The notes under the pieces were generated by a model. The model was not told the origin of the DNA. It made no database searches and worked only from the letters and a program-made list of their open reading frames with translations. DNA of 40,953 bases from Escherichia phage vB_Ec_Tarrare: the sequence record OQ507919.1, one strand, 5' to 3'. The first letter of the stretch is position 1. Every line of letters starts with the position of its first letter. This document shows, piece by piece, positions 8,285 through 19,194 of this stretch. Both the position numbers and the translations under genes were made by a program.

Positions 8285-8739
8285 TGGCTCGCGTACAGTT
8301 TAAACCTCGTGCTTCAACCGAAGCTATCTTTGTTCACTGTTCGGCTACAAAGCCAAGTCAGAACGTTGGCGTCCGTGAAATCCGTCAGTGGCATAAAGAG
8401 AAGGGATGGCTGGACATTGGCTACCACTTCGTCATTAAACGTGATGGTACTGTGGAAGCTGGTCGCGATGAGTTGGCTGTAGGTTCCCACGCTAAGGACT
8501 ACAACCACAACTCAATCGGTGTATGCTTGGTTGGCGGTATCGACGATAAAGGTAAGTTCGACGCTAACTTTACACCTGCTCAGATGAATGCACTGCGTAG
8601 CCTACTGACCGAACTGCTGGTTAAGTATGAAGGCTCAGTGCTCCGCGCTCACCACGATGTTGCTCCGAAGGCTTGCCCTTCGTTCGACTTAAAGCGCTGG
8701 TGGGAGAAGAACGAATTGGTCACTTCTGACAGAGGTTAA
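8284..8739 (+). CDS. 3.5: N-acetylmuramoyl-L-alanine amidase (T7 lysozyme, RNAP inhibitor)
   Basis: 151 aa, MARVQFKPRASTEAIFVHCSATKPSQNVGVREIRQWHKEKGWLDIGYHF...; near-identical to T7 lysozyme. Confidence 0.97.
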   Translation: MARVQFKPRASTEAIFVHCSATKPSQNVGVREIRQWHKEKGWLDIGYHFVIKRDGTVEAGRDELAVGSHAKDYNHNSIGVCLVGGIDDKGKFDANFTPAQMNALRSLLTELLVKYEGSVLRAHHDVAPKACPSFDLKRWWEKNELVTSDRG

Positions 8740-8821
8740 TTTGGACATCAATACTCTTATCTATAAGCTGGCTCTGCTGGCATTCGCTGCTTATTGTTTC
8801 CACCTTTGGAGCAAAGCAGAT

Positions 8822-8844
8822 TAATAGAACTCACTAATGGGGAT
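8822..8844 (+). promoter_or_regulatory. class II phage RNAP promoter (phi3.8-like)
   Basis: taatagaactcactaatggggat; the transcript start is followed by the hairpin ggggataccgaaaggcgtcccc. Confidence 0.6.
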
Positions 8845-8884
8845 ACCGAAAGGCGTCCCCTTTGTTCGCGTTGGAGGTTAAATT

Positions 8885-10931
<2,047 letters not shown>

Positions 10932-10934
<3 letters not shown>

Positions 10935-10954
10935 TACAACTCACTAATGGAGGA
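10932..10954 (+). promoter_or_regulatory. class II phage RNAP promoter (phi4.3-like)
   Basis: taatacaactcactaatggagga, overlapping the gene 4 stop. Confidence 0.65.
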
Positions 10955-10961
10955 AACAATA

Positions 10962-11174
10962 ATGTTCAAATTGATTAAGCGTTTAGGTAAGCTGGTAGTT
11001 CGTTTATATAACCGAGAAGCTACGCGACTGAATACTCAGGCTCGTGCAGAGTCCGTTATGTCTCGCTCACTGGCTGAGAAGTCCCGCGCTCTGGCTGAGA
11101 GTGCAGACAATAAGATTCGCGAAGCTGCTCACGTAGCTAACCAAGCACAACAACTGTCCAAGTTCTTTGAATAA
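10962..11174 (+). CDS. 4.3: gene 4.3 protein
   Basis: 70 aa from the ATG at 10962, MFKLIKRLGKLVVRLYN...AQQLSKFFE; matches T7 gp4.3. Confidence 0.8.
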   Translation: MFKLIKRLGKLVVRLYNREATRLNTQARAESVMSRSLAEKSRALAESADNKIREAAHVANQAQQLSKFFE

Positions 11175-11192
11175 TCTATAGGAGATTACATT

Positions 11193-11477
11193 ATGATGAC
11201 TCAAGGTAAAGTATCTACAACCATCCGTCTGTCTGATACTGCTGACCAGTGGAACCGCCGAGTTCACGTCAACGTTCGCAACTCAAAGGCAACTATGGTT
11301 TACCGTTGGAAATCTCCATGCAGTAAGAAAGACCATACTCAGCGCATGACTCTTACAGAAGTACAAGCTGCCCGTTTAGTGGCTGCATTGACGAAAGCTG
11401 TAGGCAAAGCTACAGAAGGCGACGTTGAACGCCGTAATGAGTACATGGCTGAGTTCTTTACAGCTATCAGTGAGTGA
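11193..11477 (+). CDS. 4.5: gene 4.5 protein
   Basis: 94 aa; SD aggag upstream; position matches T7 gene 4.5. Confidence 0.7.
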   Translation: MMTQGKVSTTIRLSDTADQWNRRVHVNVRNSKATMVYRWKSPCSKKDHTQRMTLTEVQAARLVAALTKAVGKATEGDVERRNEYMAEFFTAISE

Positions 11478-11480
11478 TAA

Positions 11481-11514
11481 ACTCAAGGTCGCCTACGGGT
11501 GGCCTTTATGATTA
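11481..11514 (+). promoter_or_regulatory. RNase III-type hairpin (R4.7-like)
   Basis: actcaaggtcgcctacgggtggcctttatgatta. Confidence 0.5.
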
Positions 11515-11537
11515 TTATTCATTATAGGAGAATAACT

Positions 11538-11957
11538 ATGCGTGACATTAAAGTAATTGAAGCTGAAATCTCTAAGTTACAAGCTGAACTGGCAGACGCC
11601 AAGGCAGAACAGAGTATGCGTATATCCGCTGTGTACATCTTGAAGAACTTAGGGTGGACTTTCGATTATAAGAATGGCGGCTGGCACAAACCTCTGCCTT
11701 CTCCAGTGAAGCCTACAATCTTTGATCGAGACACCATGACCCACATTAAGGCTGGCGACTGGATTAAGTATGATACTGGTCTTACTGGTGGTTACGGCTA
11801 TGTTCGTAGCGTTCACGGCAAGTACGCTAAGTTCTCAACGGTAACTGGCGCAACTCCGCGCGGAGCAATCGTGTCAGACCGTACAGATACCATACATGTA
11901 AACTTTATGAAGGTTGTGTCCCACGCTGAAATCCTGAAAGCTAAGACATTCAAGTAA
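11538..11957 (+). CDS. 4.7: gene 4.7 protein
   Basis: 139 aa from the ATG at 11538 (SD aggag); MRDIKVIEAEISKLQAELADAKAEQ. Confidence 0.7.
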   Translation: MRDIKVIEAEISKLQAELADAKAEQSMRISAVYILKNLGWTFDYKNGGWHKPLPSPVKPTIFDRDTMTHIKAGDWIKYDTGLTGGYGYVRSVHGKYAKFSTVTGATPRGAIVSDRTDTIHVNFMKVVSHAEILKAKTFK

Positions 11958-11975
11958 TCAATAGGAGAATACAAT

Positions 11976-14090
11976 ATGCTCGTTTCTGATATTGAAGCTA
12001 ACGGCCTCTTAGAGACCGTCACTAAGTTCCACTGCGGGGTAATCTATGACTACCAAACTGGTGAGTACATTAGCTATCGCCCTAGTGACTTCGGTGCGTA
12101 TCTGGATGCGCTTGAAGCCGAGGTAGCTAGAGGTGGGCTTATTGTGTTCCACAACGGGCACAAGTATGACGTCCCTGCGTTAACCAAACTGGCTAAGCTA
12201 CAGTTGAACCGTGAGTTCCATCTCCCTCGTGAGAACTGTGTGGACACCTTGGTGTTGTCTCGTTTGATTCATGCAAACTTGAAAGACACTGATATGGGTC
12301 TGTTACGTGCAGGTAAAATCCCTGGGAAAAGGTTCGGTTCCCATGCGTTGGAAGCTTGGGGCTACCGTCTAGGCGAGATGAAGGGTGAATACAAGGATGA
12401 CTTCAAGCGTATGCTGGAAGAGCAAGGCGAAGAGTATGTGGACGGCATGGAGTGGCTTGCGTTCAACGAAGAGATGATGGCTTATAACGTTCAAGACGTT
12501 GTGGTCACTAAGGCTCTCCTTGAGAAGCTACTGGCTGACAAACACTACTTCAAACCTGAGATTGACTTCACAGACGTCCATCATTCTACCTTCTGGATGG
12601 AAGCTATCGAGTCTATCGACGTTGAACATCGTGCTGCTTGGTTGCTGGCTAAGCAGGAGCGTAACGGTTTCCCATTCAACGCTAAGGCTATCGAAGACCT
12701 GTACGTAGAGTTGGCTACTCGTCGCTCTGAGTTGCTCATGAAGTTAACCGATACGTTCGGCTCTTGGTATCAACCTAAAGGTGGTACAGAGATGTTCTGT
12801 CACCCTAGGACTGGTAAGCCTCTGCCGAAGTATCCACGCATTAAGACCCCAAAGGTCGGTGGTATCTTCAAGAAGCCTAAGAACAAAGCTCAGCGTGAAG
12901 GTCGTGAACCTTGTGAGTTAGACACTCGTGAGTACGTGGCTGGTGCTCCGTACACTCCTGTAGAGCACGTTGTGTTTAACCCTTCAAGTCGTGACCACAT
13001 CCAGAAGAAACTTCAAGAAGCTGGATGGGTGCCAACTAAGTTCACCGATAAGGGTGCCCCTGTGGTGGACGATGAGGTGCTAGAAGGTGTTACTGTAGAT
13101 GACCCTGTGAAGCAATCCGCTATTGACCTGATTAAAGAGTACCTGATGATTCAGAAGCGAATCGGACAGGCTGCCGAGGGTGACAAAGCGTGGCTTCGCT
13201 ACGTACAAGAGGATGGAAAGATTCATGGTTCTGTTAACCCTAATGGGGCTGTTACCGGACGTGCTACACATGCGTTCCCAAACCTCGCACAGATTCCTTC
13301 CGTTCGTGCTGCTTATGGAGAGCAGTGCCGTAGCGCTTTTGGTGCTGAACATCATCTGGATGGTCTAACTGGTAAGCCTTGGGTTCAGGCTGGCATCGAC
13401 GCCTCAGGTCTGGAGTTGCGCTGCTTGGCTCACTTCATGGCTCGCTTCGATAACGGTGAGTACGCTGATGAAATCCTCAACGGTGATATTCACACTAAGA
13501 ACCAGATGGCTGCTGAGTTACCTACTCGTGATAACGCTAAGACCTTCATCTACGGTTTCCTTTATGGTGCTGGCGATGAGAAGATTGGTCAAATCGTTGG
13601 TGCTGGTAAGGAACGTGGTAAGGAACTCAAGAAGAAATTCTTAGAGAACACTCCGGCTATCGCTGCTCTCCGTGAGTCAATCCAACAGACGCTTGTTGAG
13701 TCCTCTCAATGGGTAGCTGGTGAACAGCAAGTCAAGTGGAAACGCCGTTGGATTAAAGGTCTGGATGGTCGTAAGGTTCACGTTCGTAGTCCTCATGCTG
13801 CCTTGAATACTCTGCTGCAATCTGCTGGTGCTCTTATCTGCAAACTGTGGATTATCAAGACCGAAGAGATGCTCGTAGAGAAAGGCTTGAAGCATGGCTG
13901 GGATGGTGACTTTGCGTACATGGCATGGGTACACGATGAAATTCAGGTAGCTGCCCGTACCGAAGAGATCGCTAAGGTGGTCGTAGAGACTGCTCAGGAA
14001 GCTATGCGCTGGGTAGGAGACCACTGGAACTTCCGTTGTCAATTGGACACCGAAGGTAAGATTGGCCCGAACTGGGCTGTATGTCATTAA
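11976..14090 (+). CDS. 5: DNA polymerase (family A, 3'-5' exonuclease plus polymerase, thioredoxin-binding type)
   Basis: 704 aa, same length as T7 gp5; MLVSDIEANGLLETVTKFHCGVIYDY (exo I motif DIEANG) and C-terminal ...IGPNWAVCH. Confidence 0.98.
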   Translation: MLVSDIEANGLLETVTKFHCGVIYDYQTGEYISYRPSDFGAYLDALEAEVARGGLIVFHNGHKYDVPALTKLAKLQLNREFHLPRENCVDTLVLSRLIHANLKDTDMGLLRAGKIPGKRFGSHALEAWGYRLGEMKGEYKDDFKRMLEEQGEEYVDGMEWLAFNEEMMAYNVQDVVVTKALLEKLLADKHYFKPEIDFTDVHHSTFWMEAIESIDVEHRAAWLLAKQERNGFPFNAKAIEDLYVELATRRSELLMKLTDTFGSWYQPKGGTEMFCHPRTGKPLPKYPRIKTPKVGGIFKKPKNKAQREGREPCELDTREYVAGAPYTPVEHVVFNPSSRDHIQKKLQEAGWVPTKFTDKGAPVVDDEVLEGVTVDDPVKQSAIDLIKEYLMIQKRIGQAAEGDKAWLRYVQEDGKIHGSVNPNGAVTGRATHAFPNLAQIPSVRAAYGEQCRSAFGAEHHLDGLTGKPWVQAGIDASGLELRCLAHFMARFDNGEYADEILNGDIHTKNQMAAELPTRDNAKTFIYGFLYGAGDEKIGQIVGAGKERGKELKKKFLENTPAIAALRESIQQTLVESSQWVAGEQQVKWKRRWIKGLDGRKVHVRSPHAALNTLLQSAGALICKLWIIKTEEMLVEKGLKHGWDGDFAYMAWVHDEIQVAARTEEIAKVVVETAQEAMRWVGDHWNFRCQLDTEGKIGPNWAVCH

Positions 14091-14109
14091 TATTAAAGGA
14101 GAAATTATC

Positions 14110-14409
14110 ATGGCTATCACTAAGCGTTTCAATGTATCTTTCGATGTAACCGCTGTACTGCATACAGAAGACCAGAACGAGATGGAGCGAGACCTTATCG
14201 CTTTGTGTAAGGCTGTAGGCAGTGGTAAGATTGAGCCAACACCTGTTCAGAAAGAAGTTATCGTACAGTTACTGACACATGGTATGGAAGGCGCTATGAG
14301 CTTTGTGGTTCGCGAGGCTCTACGTAAGACGGTCAAAGAAGCTTGCCTGAACGAGTTCGATGAGGAAGACTTCAAGTTCTCTCCTGCAACCGTAACGGAG
14401 GTGCGCTAA
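14110..14409 (+). CDS. 5.5: gene 5.5 protein (H-NS-binding protein family)
   Basis: 99 aa from the ATG at 14110 (SD aaggag); MAITKRFNVSFDVTA...EEDFKFSPATVTEVR matches T7 gp5.5. Confidence 0.8.
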   Translation: MAITKRFNVSFDVTAVLHTEDQNEMERDLIALCKAVGSGKIEPTPVQKEVIVQLLTHGMEGAMSFVVREALRKTVKEACLNEFDEEDFKFSPATVTEVR

Positions 14410-14618
14410 TGAGTGAGTACCTGAAAGTCCTTGCGGCACTGAAAGCTTGCCCTAAGACATTCCAAAGCAACTATGTTCGCAACTACGCTGGCCTTGTAGC
14501 AGAGGCCGCTTCTCGTGGTCATATCTCTTGCTTGGGAACTGATGGTCGTAACAGTGGTGCTTGGGAGATTACAGCCGCTGGTACTCGTTTCCTGAAACGT
14601 ATGGGAGGTTGTGTCTGA
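14409..14618 (+). CDS. 5.7: gene 5.7 protein
   Basis: 69 aa, overlapping the 5.5 stop; same length as T7 gp5.7. Confidence 0.75.
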   Translation: MSEYLKVLAALKACPKTFQSNYVRNYAGLVAEAASRGHISCLGTDGRNSGAWEITAAGTRFLKRMGGCV

Positions 14619-14782
14619 TGATGAAGCAAAGTGACACTGTAACGGTTACTCGTGATGCTTGGAATGACCTGATGAAGTACATCAAGGGTCTTGAAGACCA
14701 GATAGCGTCCTGTGAGGCTCAACTTGAGGATGCATCCGAATACATTTTGGAACTAGAGGAGAAACTGAATGGCTCTGCTTAA
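14618..14782 (+). CDS. 5.9: gene 5.9 protein (RecBCD inhibitor family)
   Basis: About 54 aa from the ATG at 14618; ...WNDLMKYIKGLEDQIASCEAQLEDASEYILELEEKLNGSA matches T7 gp5.9. Confidence 0.7.
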   Translation: MMKQSDTVTVTRDAWNDLMKYIKGLEDQIASCEAQLEDASEYILELEEKLNGSA

Positions 14783-15671
14783 TCTGAAACAATTCAAAGA
14801 GTTACGTAAAGATTGTGACGATAAGGGAATCCTTGTGATGGATGGTGACTGGCTGGTGTTCCAAGCGATGAGTGCTGCTGAGTTCGACGCCTCTTGGGAG
14901 GAAGAGATCTGGCATCGTTGCTGTGACCACGCTAAGGCTCGTCAGATTCTTGAGGATTCCATTAAGTCCTATGAGACTCGTAAGAAAGCATGGGTAGGTG
15001 CTCCTATCCTTCTGGCGTTTACTGACTCAGTGAACTGGCGTAAGGAACTGGTAGACCCTACCTACAAGGAGAACCGTAAGGCCACTAAGAAACCTGTGGG
15101 TTACTTTGAGTTCCTTGAAGCTCTCTTCCAGCGCGAAGAGTTCTATTGTGTCAAGGAGCCTATGCTTGAAGGCGATGACGTTATGGGTATCGTAGCGTCA
15201 AACTCTAAAGCATTTGGTGCTCGTAAGGCTGTCATTGTGTCTTGCGATAAGGACTTTAAGACTATCCCTGACTGTGACTTCCTATGGTGTACCACTGGTA
15301 ACATCCTTACTCAGACTCTTGAGACTGCCGATTGGTGGCATCTCTTCCAGACTATCAAGGGTGACATTACCGATGGTTACAGTGGGATTGCTGGCTGGGG
15401 AGATACTGCCGAAGGTTTCCTTAATGACCCGTTCATTACGGAGCCTGTAACGTCCATAGTGAAGTCCGGTAAGAATAAAGGCCAAGAGGTAACTAAATGG
15501 GTGAAACGTGCTCCTGAGCCTACAGAGACGCTGTGGGACTGCATTAAGTCCATTGGTGCCAAAGCTGGTATGACAGAAGAGGACATCATTAAGCAAGGAC
15601 AGATGGCTCGTATACTACGATTCGATGAGTACAATATTGACAAACAGGAGATTACTTTATGGAGACCGTAA
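14769..15671 (+). CDS. 6: 5'-3' exonuclease
   Basis: 300 aa, same length and position as T7 gp6. Confidence 0.95.
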   Translation: MALLNLKQFKELRKDCDDKGILVMDGDWLVFQAMSAAEFDASWEEEIWHRCCDHAKARQILEDSIKSYETRKKAWVGAPILLAFTDSVNWRKELVDPTYKENRKATKKPVGYFEFLEALFQREEFYCVKEPMLEGDDVMGIVASNSKAFGARKAVIVSCDKDFKTIPDCDFLWCTTGNILTQTLETADWWHLFQTIKGDITDGYSGIAGWGDTAEGFLNDPFITEPVTSIVKSGKNKGQEVTKWVKRAPEPTETLWDCIKSIGAKAGMTEEDIIKQGQMARILRFDEYNIDKQEITLWRP

Positions 15672-15781
15672 TTGCAGTTCTTGGTGTTGGCTTGTGCGCT
15701 ATTGCTGTAGGCATGTTGGCGTATGGTCTGTGGGACTTAGCTCAAATCCTGCGAACACTGCACAAATACAACATTAAGTAA
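15659..15781 (+). CDS. 6.3: gene 6.3-like small membrane protein
   Basis: 40 aa, METVIAVLGVGLCAIAVGMLAYGLWDLAQILRTLHKYNIK; one transmembrane helix; overlaps the end of gene 6. Confidence 0.5.
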   Translation: METVIAVLGVGLCAIAVGMLAYGLWDLAQILRTLHKYNIK

Positions 15782-15785
15782 TAAA

Positions 15786-15840
15786 CTCAAGGCCCTTATT
15801 TAATACGACTCACTATTGGGAGATAGGGGCCTTTATGATT
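15786..15840 (+). promoter_or_regulatory. RNase III-type hairpin (R6.5-like) with promoter in its loop
   Basis: ctcaaggccc ... ggggcctttatgatt; the stem arms aaggccc / ggggcctt flank the phi6.5 promoter. Confidence 0.5.
15801..15823 (+). promoter_or_regulatory. phage RNAP promoter (phi6.5)
   Basis: taatacgactcactattgggaga. Confidence 0.9.
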
Positions 15841-15874
15841 ATTACTTTAAGATTTAACCTTAAGGGAGGCGATT

Positions 15875-16126
15875 ATGCTTTTACCTATTTCACACTTAGT
15901 AGAGAACCCTAATGATATTCCTGATGTTCCTAGAGCAGTCGTAGAGTATCTACAGGTTCGTTTCAACTTTTCATATCTGGAAGCAACTGGTCATATAGCA
16001 CATATGCGTACTTGTGGTTGTAGTGAAGCTCACATCTTGGGATTCATTCAGGGACTACAGTATGCCTCTAACGTGATTGACGAGATTCAGGTACGCAAAG
16101 ATTTACTTAACGAGGAGGATAATTAA
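15875..16126 (+). CDS. 6.5: gene 6.5 protein
   Basis: 83 aa; SD aagggagg upstream. Confidence 0.8.
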   Translation: MLLPISHLVENPNDIPDVPRAVVEYLQVRFNFSYLEATGHIAHMRTCGCSEAHILGFIQGLQYASNVIDEIQVRKDLLNEEDN

Positions 16127-16128
16127 TC

Positions 16129-16371
16129 ATGTGTTTCTCACCTAAGATTAAGACTCCAAAGATGGACACAAATCAGATTCGTGCTGTGGAACCTGCTCCA
16201 CTGACCCAAGAGGTAACAGGAGTCGAGTTCGGAGGGTCTGACGACGATAACACCGAAGACACCGAAATGTCTGGACGTAAATCGTTGAAGGTCGAGAAGG
16301 ATGACTCTGTGGCTAAATCAAAGTCCAAGTCGTCTATCCGCAAGTCCGTATTCGGAGGTAAGAAGAAATGA
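16129..16371 (+). CDS. 6.7: gene 6.7 protein (small virion protein)
   Basis: 80 aa, MCFSPKIKTPKMDTNQIRAVEPAP...; matches T7 gp6.7. Confidence 0.85.
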   Translation: MCFSPKIKTPKMDTNQIRAVEPAPLTQEVTGVEFGGSDDDNTEDTEMSGRKSLKVEKDDSVAKSKSKSSIRKSVFGGKKK

Positions 16372-16766
16372 GTTATTCCTGCATAGAAGCTGAAAGCCGT
16401 TATCTCGCTACAATGTGGACGGTTGCCCGATTGGGTCTACCGGAAGGATTCGCTGGGCCTGTAACTTACAGTCTCTATGTTGACGAGATTATGGACTCCG
16501 CTGAGTACGAAGAGATATTCGTATTGGACTCAGAGGGACGTAAGGTGGCATACTTCTCGTGGTGTGTCAGTAACGATATTCACCACAAGGGAGACATATT
16601 GGATGTAACCAACGTTGTGATTAATCCTGATGAGGACTCACTGGCTCTGCGTAAGTTCCTAGCGAAACGCTTTAAGACTCTGGCAGAACTGAATGACTGT
16701 ACATGGGTGTCCCGTTGTGTCCATGAGGACGATGGGTCAATTCGTAATATTTTCAAGAGGGTTTAA
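16368..16766 (+). CDS. 7: gene 7 protein (host-range / virion protein)
   Basis: 132 aa; position and length match T7 gp7. Confidence 0.8.
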   Translation: MSYSCIEAESRYLATMWTVARLGLPEGFAGPVTYSLYVDEIMDSAEYEEIFVLDSEGRKVAYFSWCVSNDIHHKGDILDVTNVVINPDEDSLALRKFLAKRFKTLAELNDCTWVSRCVHEDDGSIRNIFKRV

Positions 16767-16769
16767 ACT

Positions 16770-17081
16770 ATGGGTAAGAAAATCAAAAAGGCCGTTAAGC
16801 GTGTAACCAAGTCTGTTAAGAAGGCAGTAAAACAGGTAGGTCGTCCACTGGAGAAAGTCGGTAAAGCCGCTATCGGTGGTCTGGCTGGTGGTGCGGGTGG
16901 CGCTGTAGAGGTTGTACAGCCTGAGCCTGCCGCTCCTGCTGCTGCTCTGGTTGACGTTCCTGATAAGCAGGTTGAGACCGATGATGCTGCTGAGACTGAA
17001 AGCGGTCGCCGTAAGGCTCGTGCAGGTGGTAAGAAGTCTCTGAGTGTTGCTCGTAGCTCAGGTGGAGGTATAAACATATGA
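16770..17081 (+). CDS. 7.3: gene 7.3 protein (tail/adsorption-associated)
   Basis: 103 aa, MGKKIKKAVKRVTKSVKK ... RKARAGGKKSLSVARSSGGGINI; matches T7 gp7.3. Confidence 0.85.
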   Translation: MGKKIKKAVKRVTKSVKKAVKQVGRPLEKVGKAAIGGLAGGAGGAVEVVQPEPAAPAAALVDVPDKQVETDDAAETESGRRKARAGGKKSLSVARSSGGGINI

Positions 17082-17479
17082 CAGATTGCATCCTTCACAC
17101 TGGTTGTACAACAAAAGGCGGTTATGGACTGACACACCTCAATGGTAAGACTATGTTAGCCCATAGGGTTGCTTACATCAAGGCGAAGGGTGCGGTACCA
17201 GATGGCATGGTCATCATGCACACATGCGATACTCCGTTATGCGTGAATCCTGAGCATTTGAAAGCTGGAACCCAAAGGGAGAACAGGATTGATTGTGTTA
17301 CCAAGGGTAGAGCCAATCCCGCCAAAGGAGAGAAGCACTACGGAGCAAGACTTACAGAGGACATAGTTCGAGAGATTCGAACATCCTCCCTAACTAACAC
17401 GGAGCTAGCTAAGGTCTATGGAATACCTAGACGAACTATCAGCGATGCTCGCCGTGGTAAGACATGGAGGCATATCTAA
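17078..17479 (+). CDS. 7.7: HNH endonuclease-like protein (gene 7.7)
   Basis: 133 aa; HTCDTPLCVNPEHL is an HNH core, followed by a C-terminal helix-turn-helix-like segment; matches T7 gp7.7 (…GKTWRHI). Confidence 0.85.
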   Translation: MTDCILHTGCTTKGGYGLTHLNGKTMLAHRVAYIKAKGAVPDGMVIMHTCDTPLCVNPEHLKAGTQRENRIDCVTKGRANPAKGEKHYGARLTEDIVREIRTSSLTNTELAKVYGIPRRTISDARRGKTWRHI

Positions 17480-19095
17480 TGGCTAGTACCAATAAACGTG
17501 AAGGTCTCGCTGAGGAAGGCGCAAAGGCTGTGTATGAACGCCTAAAGAACGATCGCGCACCTTATGAGACTCGCGCTCAGAACTGCGCTCAGTACACCAT
17601 TCCGTCCCTCTTCCCTAAGGATTCCGATAACGCGTCTACAGACTATACCACACCGTGGCAAGCCGTGGGCGCTCGTGGTCTTAACAACTTGGCCTCTAAG
17701 CTCATGCTTGCGTTGTTCCCTATGCAGACATGGATGCGACTGACTATCTCAGAATTTGAGGCCAAACAGTTACTCAATGACCCCGAAGGACTCGCTAAGG
17801 TCGATGAGGGACTCTCTATGGTAGAGCGTATCATCATGAACTACATTGAATCCAACAGCTACCGAGTGACTCTCTTTGAGGCTCTCAAGCAGTTGGTCGT
17901 TGCGGGTAACGTCTTACTGTACTTACCTGAACCGGAAGGTGCGACTTACAATCCTATGAAACTGTACCGATTGTCTTCTTATGTAGTCCAACGAGATGCA
18001 TACGGCAACGTGTTACAGATTGTCACTAGAGACCAGATAGCTTTCGGAGCACTCCCTGAGGATGTAAGAAAGTCTGTAGAGTCTTCTGGTGGCGAGAAGA
18101 AACCGGATGAGACCATCGACGTATACACTCATGTATATCTGGACGAGGAGTCTGGAGAGTACCTCCGCTACGAAGAAGTAGAAGGTGAGGAAATCCAAGG
18201 GTCTGATGGTTCATATCCTAAGGAAGCATGTCCGTACATTCCGATTCGAATGGTTCGCCTAGATGGTGAATCCTATGGTCGTTCGTACATTGAGGAATAC
18301 CTAGGAGACCTTCGCTCCTTGGAGAACCTGCAAGAAGCTATCGTTAAGATGTCTATGATTAGCTCTAAGGTTATCGGCTTGGTTAACCCTGCTGGTATCA
18401 CACAGCCACGTCGATTGACCAAGGCTCAGACTGGTGACTTCGTTACTGGTCGCGCTGAGGACATCTCCTTCCTGCAACTGGAGAAACAGGCAGACTTCAC
18501 TGTAGCTAAGTCCGTAAGTGACGCTATCGAGGCTCGCTTATCGTTTGCATTCATGTTGAACTCTGCGGTTCAGCGTACAGGCGAACGAGTTACCGCCGAA
18601 GAGATTCGGTATGTGGCTTCTGAACTTGAAGATACTTTGGGTGGTGTATACTCTATACTTTCTCAGGAACTACAATTGCCTCTGGTGCGAGTGCTCTTAA
18701 AGCAACTTCAAGCCACGCAACAGATTCCTGAACTACCTAAAGAGGCCGTGGAGCCTACTATCAGTACAGGTTTGGAAGCTATCGGTAGAGGTCAAGACCT
18801 TGATAAGCTTGAGCGTTGTATCACTGCATGGTCTGCTCTGGCACCTATGCGTGATGACCCTGATATTGACCTTGCAGTCATTAAGTTGCGTATTGCCAAC
18901 GCCATAGGTATCGATACTTCTGGTATCCTACTGACTGACGAACAGAAGCAACAGAAGATGGCGATGCAAGCTGCTCAAACTGGTATGGACAACGCTGCTG
19001 GGGCATTGGGCCAAGGTATGGCTGCACAGGCTACTGCAAGTCCTGAGGCTATGGCTGCTGCTGCGGATTCAGTAGGTATGCAGGTAGGCATGTAA
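17479..19095 (+). CDS. 8: head-to-tail connector (portal) protein
   Basis: 538 aa from the ATG at 17479 (MASTNKREGLAEEGAKAVYERLKNDRAPYETRAQNCAQYTIPSLFPKDSDNASTDY); near-identical to T7 gp8. Confidence 0.97.
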   Translation: MASTNKREGLAEEGAKAVYERLKNDRAPYETRAQNCAQYTIPSLFPKDSDNASTDYTTPWQAVGARGLNNLASKLMLALFPMQTWMRLTISEFEAKQLLNDPEGLAKVDEGLSMVERIIMNYIESNSYRVTLFEALKQLVVAGNVLLYLPEPEGATYNPMKLYRLSSYVVQRDAYGNVLQIVTRDQIAFGALPEDVRKSVESSGGEKKPDETIDVYTHVYLDEESGEYLRYEEVEGEEIQGSDGSYPKEACPYIPIRMVRLDGESYGRSYIEEYLGDLRSLENLQEAIVKMSMISSKVIGLVNPAGITQPRRLTKAQTGDFVTGRAEDISFLQLEKQADFTVAKSVSDAIEARLSFAFMLNSAVQRTGERVTAEEIRYVASELEDTLGGVYSILSQELQLPLVRVLLKQLQATQQIPELPKEAVEPTISTGLEAIGRGQDLDKLERCITAWSALAPMRDDPDIDLAVIKLRIANAIGIDTSGILLTDEQKQQKMAMQAAQTGMDNAAGALGQGMAAQATASPEAMAAAADSVGMQVGM

Positions 19096-19115
19096 TACGA
19101 CTCACTATTGGGAGA
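19093..19115 (+). promoter_or_regulatory. phage RNAP promoter (phi9)
   Basis: taatacgactcactattgggaga, overlapping the portal stop codon. Confidence 0.9.
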
Positions 19116-19194
19116 CCACGGCTTTGAAATGAGCGCCGTCTTGAGGTTGGAGTCCTCAGTCTCCCTTTAGTCCACTTTATGAAGGAGATTAATA

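Noticed and set aside
8741-8824. 27-codon hydrophobic micro-ORF after the lysozyme gene (TTG start, ...DINTLIYKLALLAFAAYCFHLWSKAD)
   Set aside because: It has a non-ATG start, is very short, and I cannot confidently match it to a known T7 gene. It could be a real membrane micro-protein but is not reportable as a feature without a homology search.
16870-17091. Minus-strand 73-aa ORF rich in His, Gln and Arg over the gene 7.3 region
   Set aside because: It is antisense to the conserved 7.3 gene and its composition is the mirror of the GC-rich Ala/Gly codons of 7.3; no start context.
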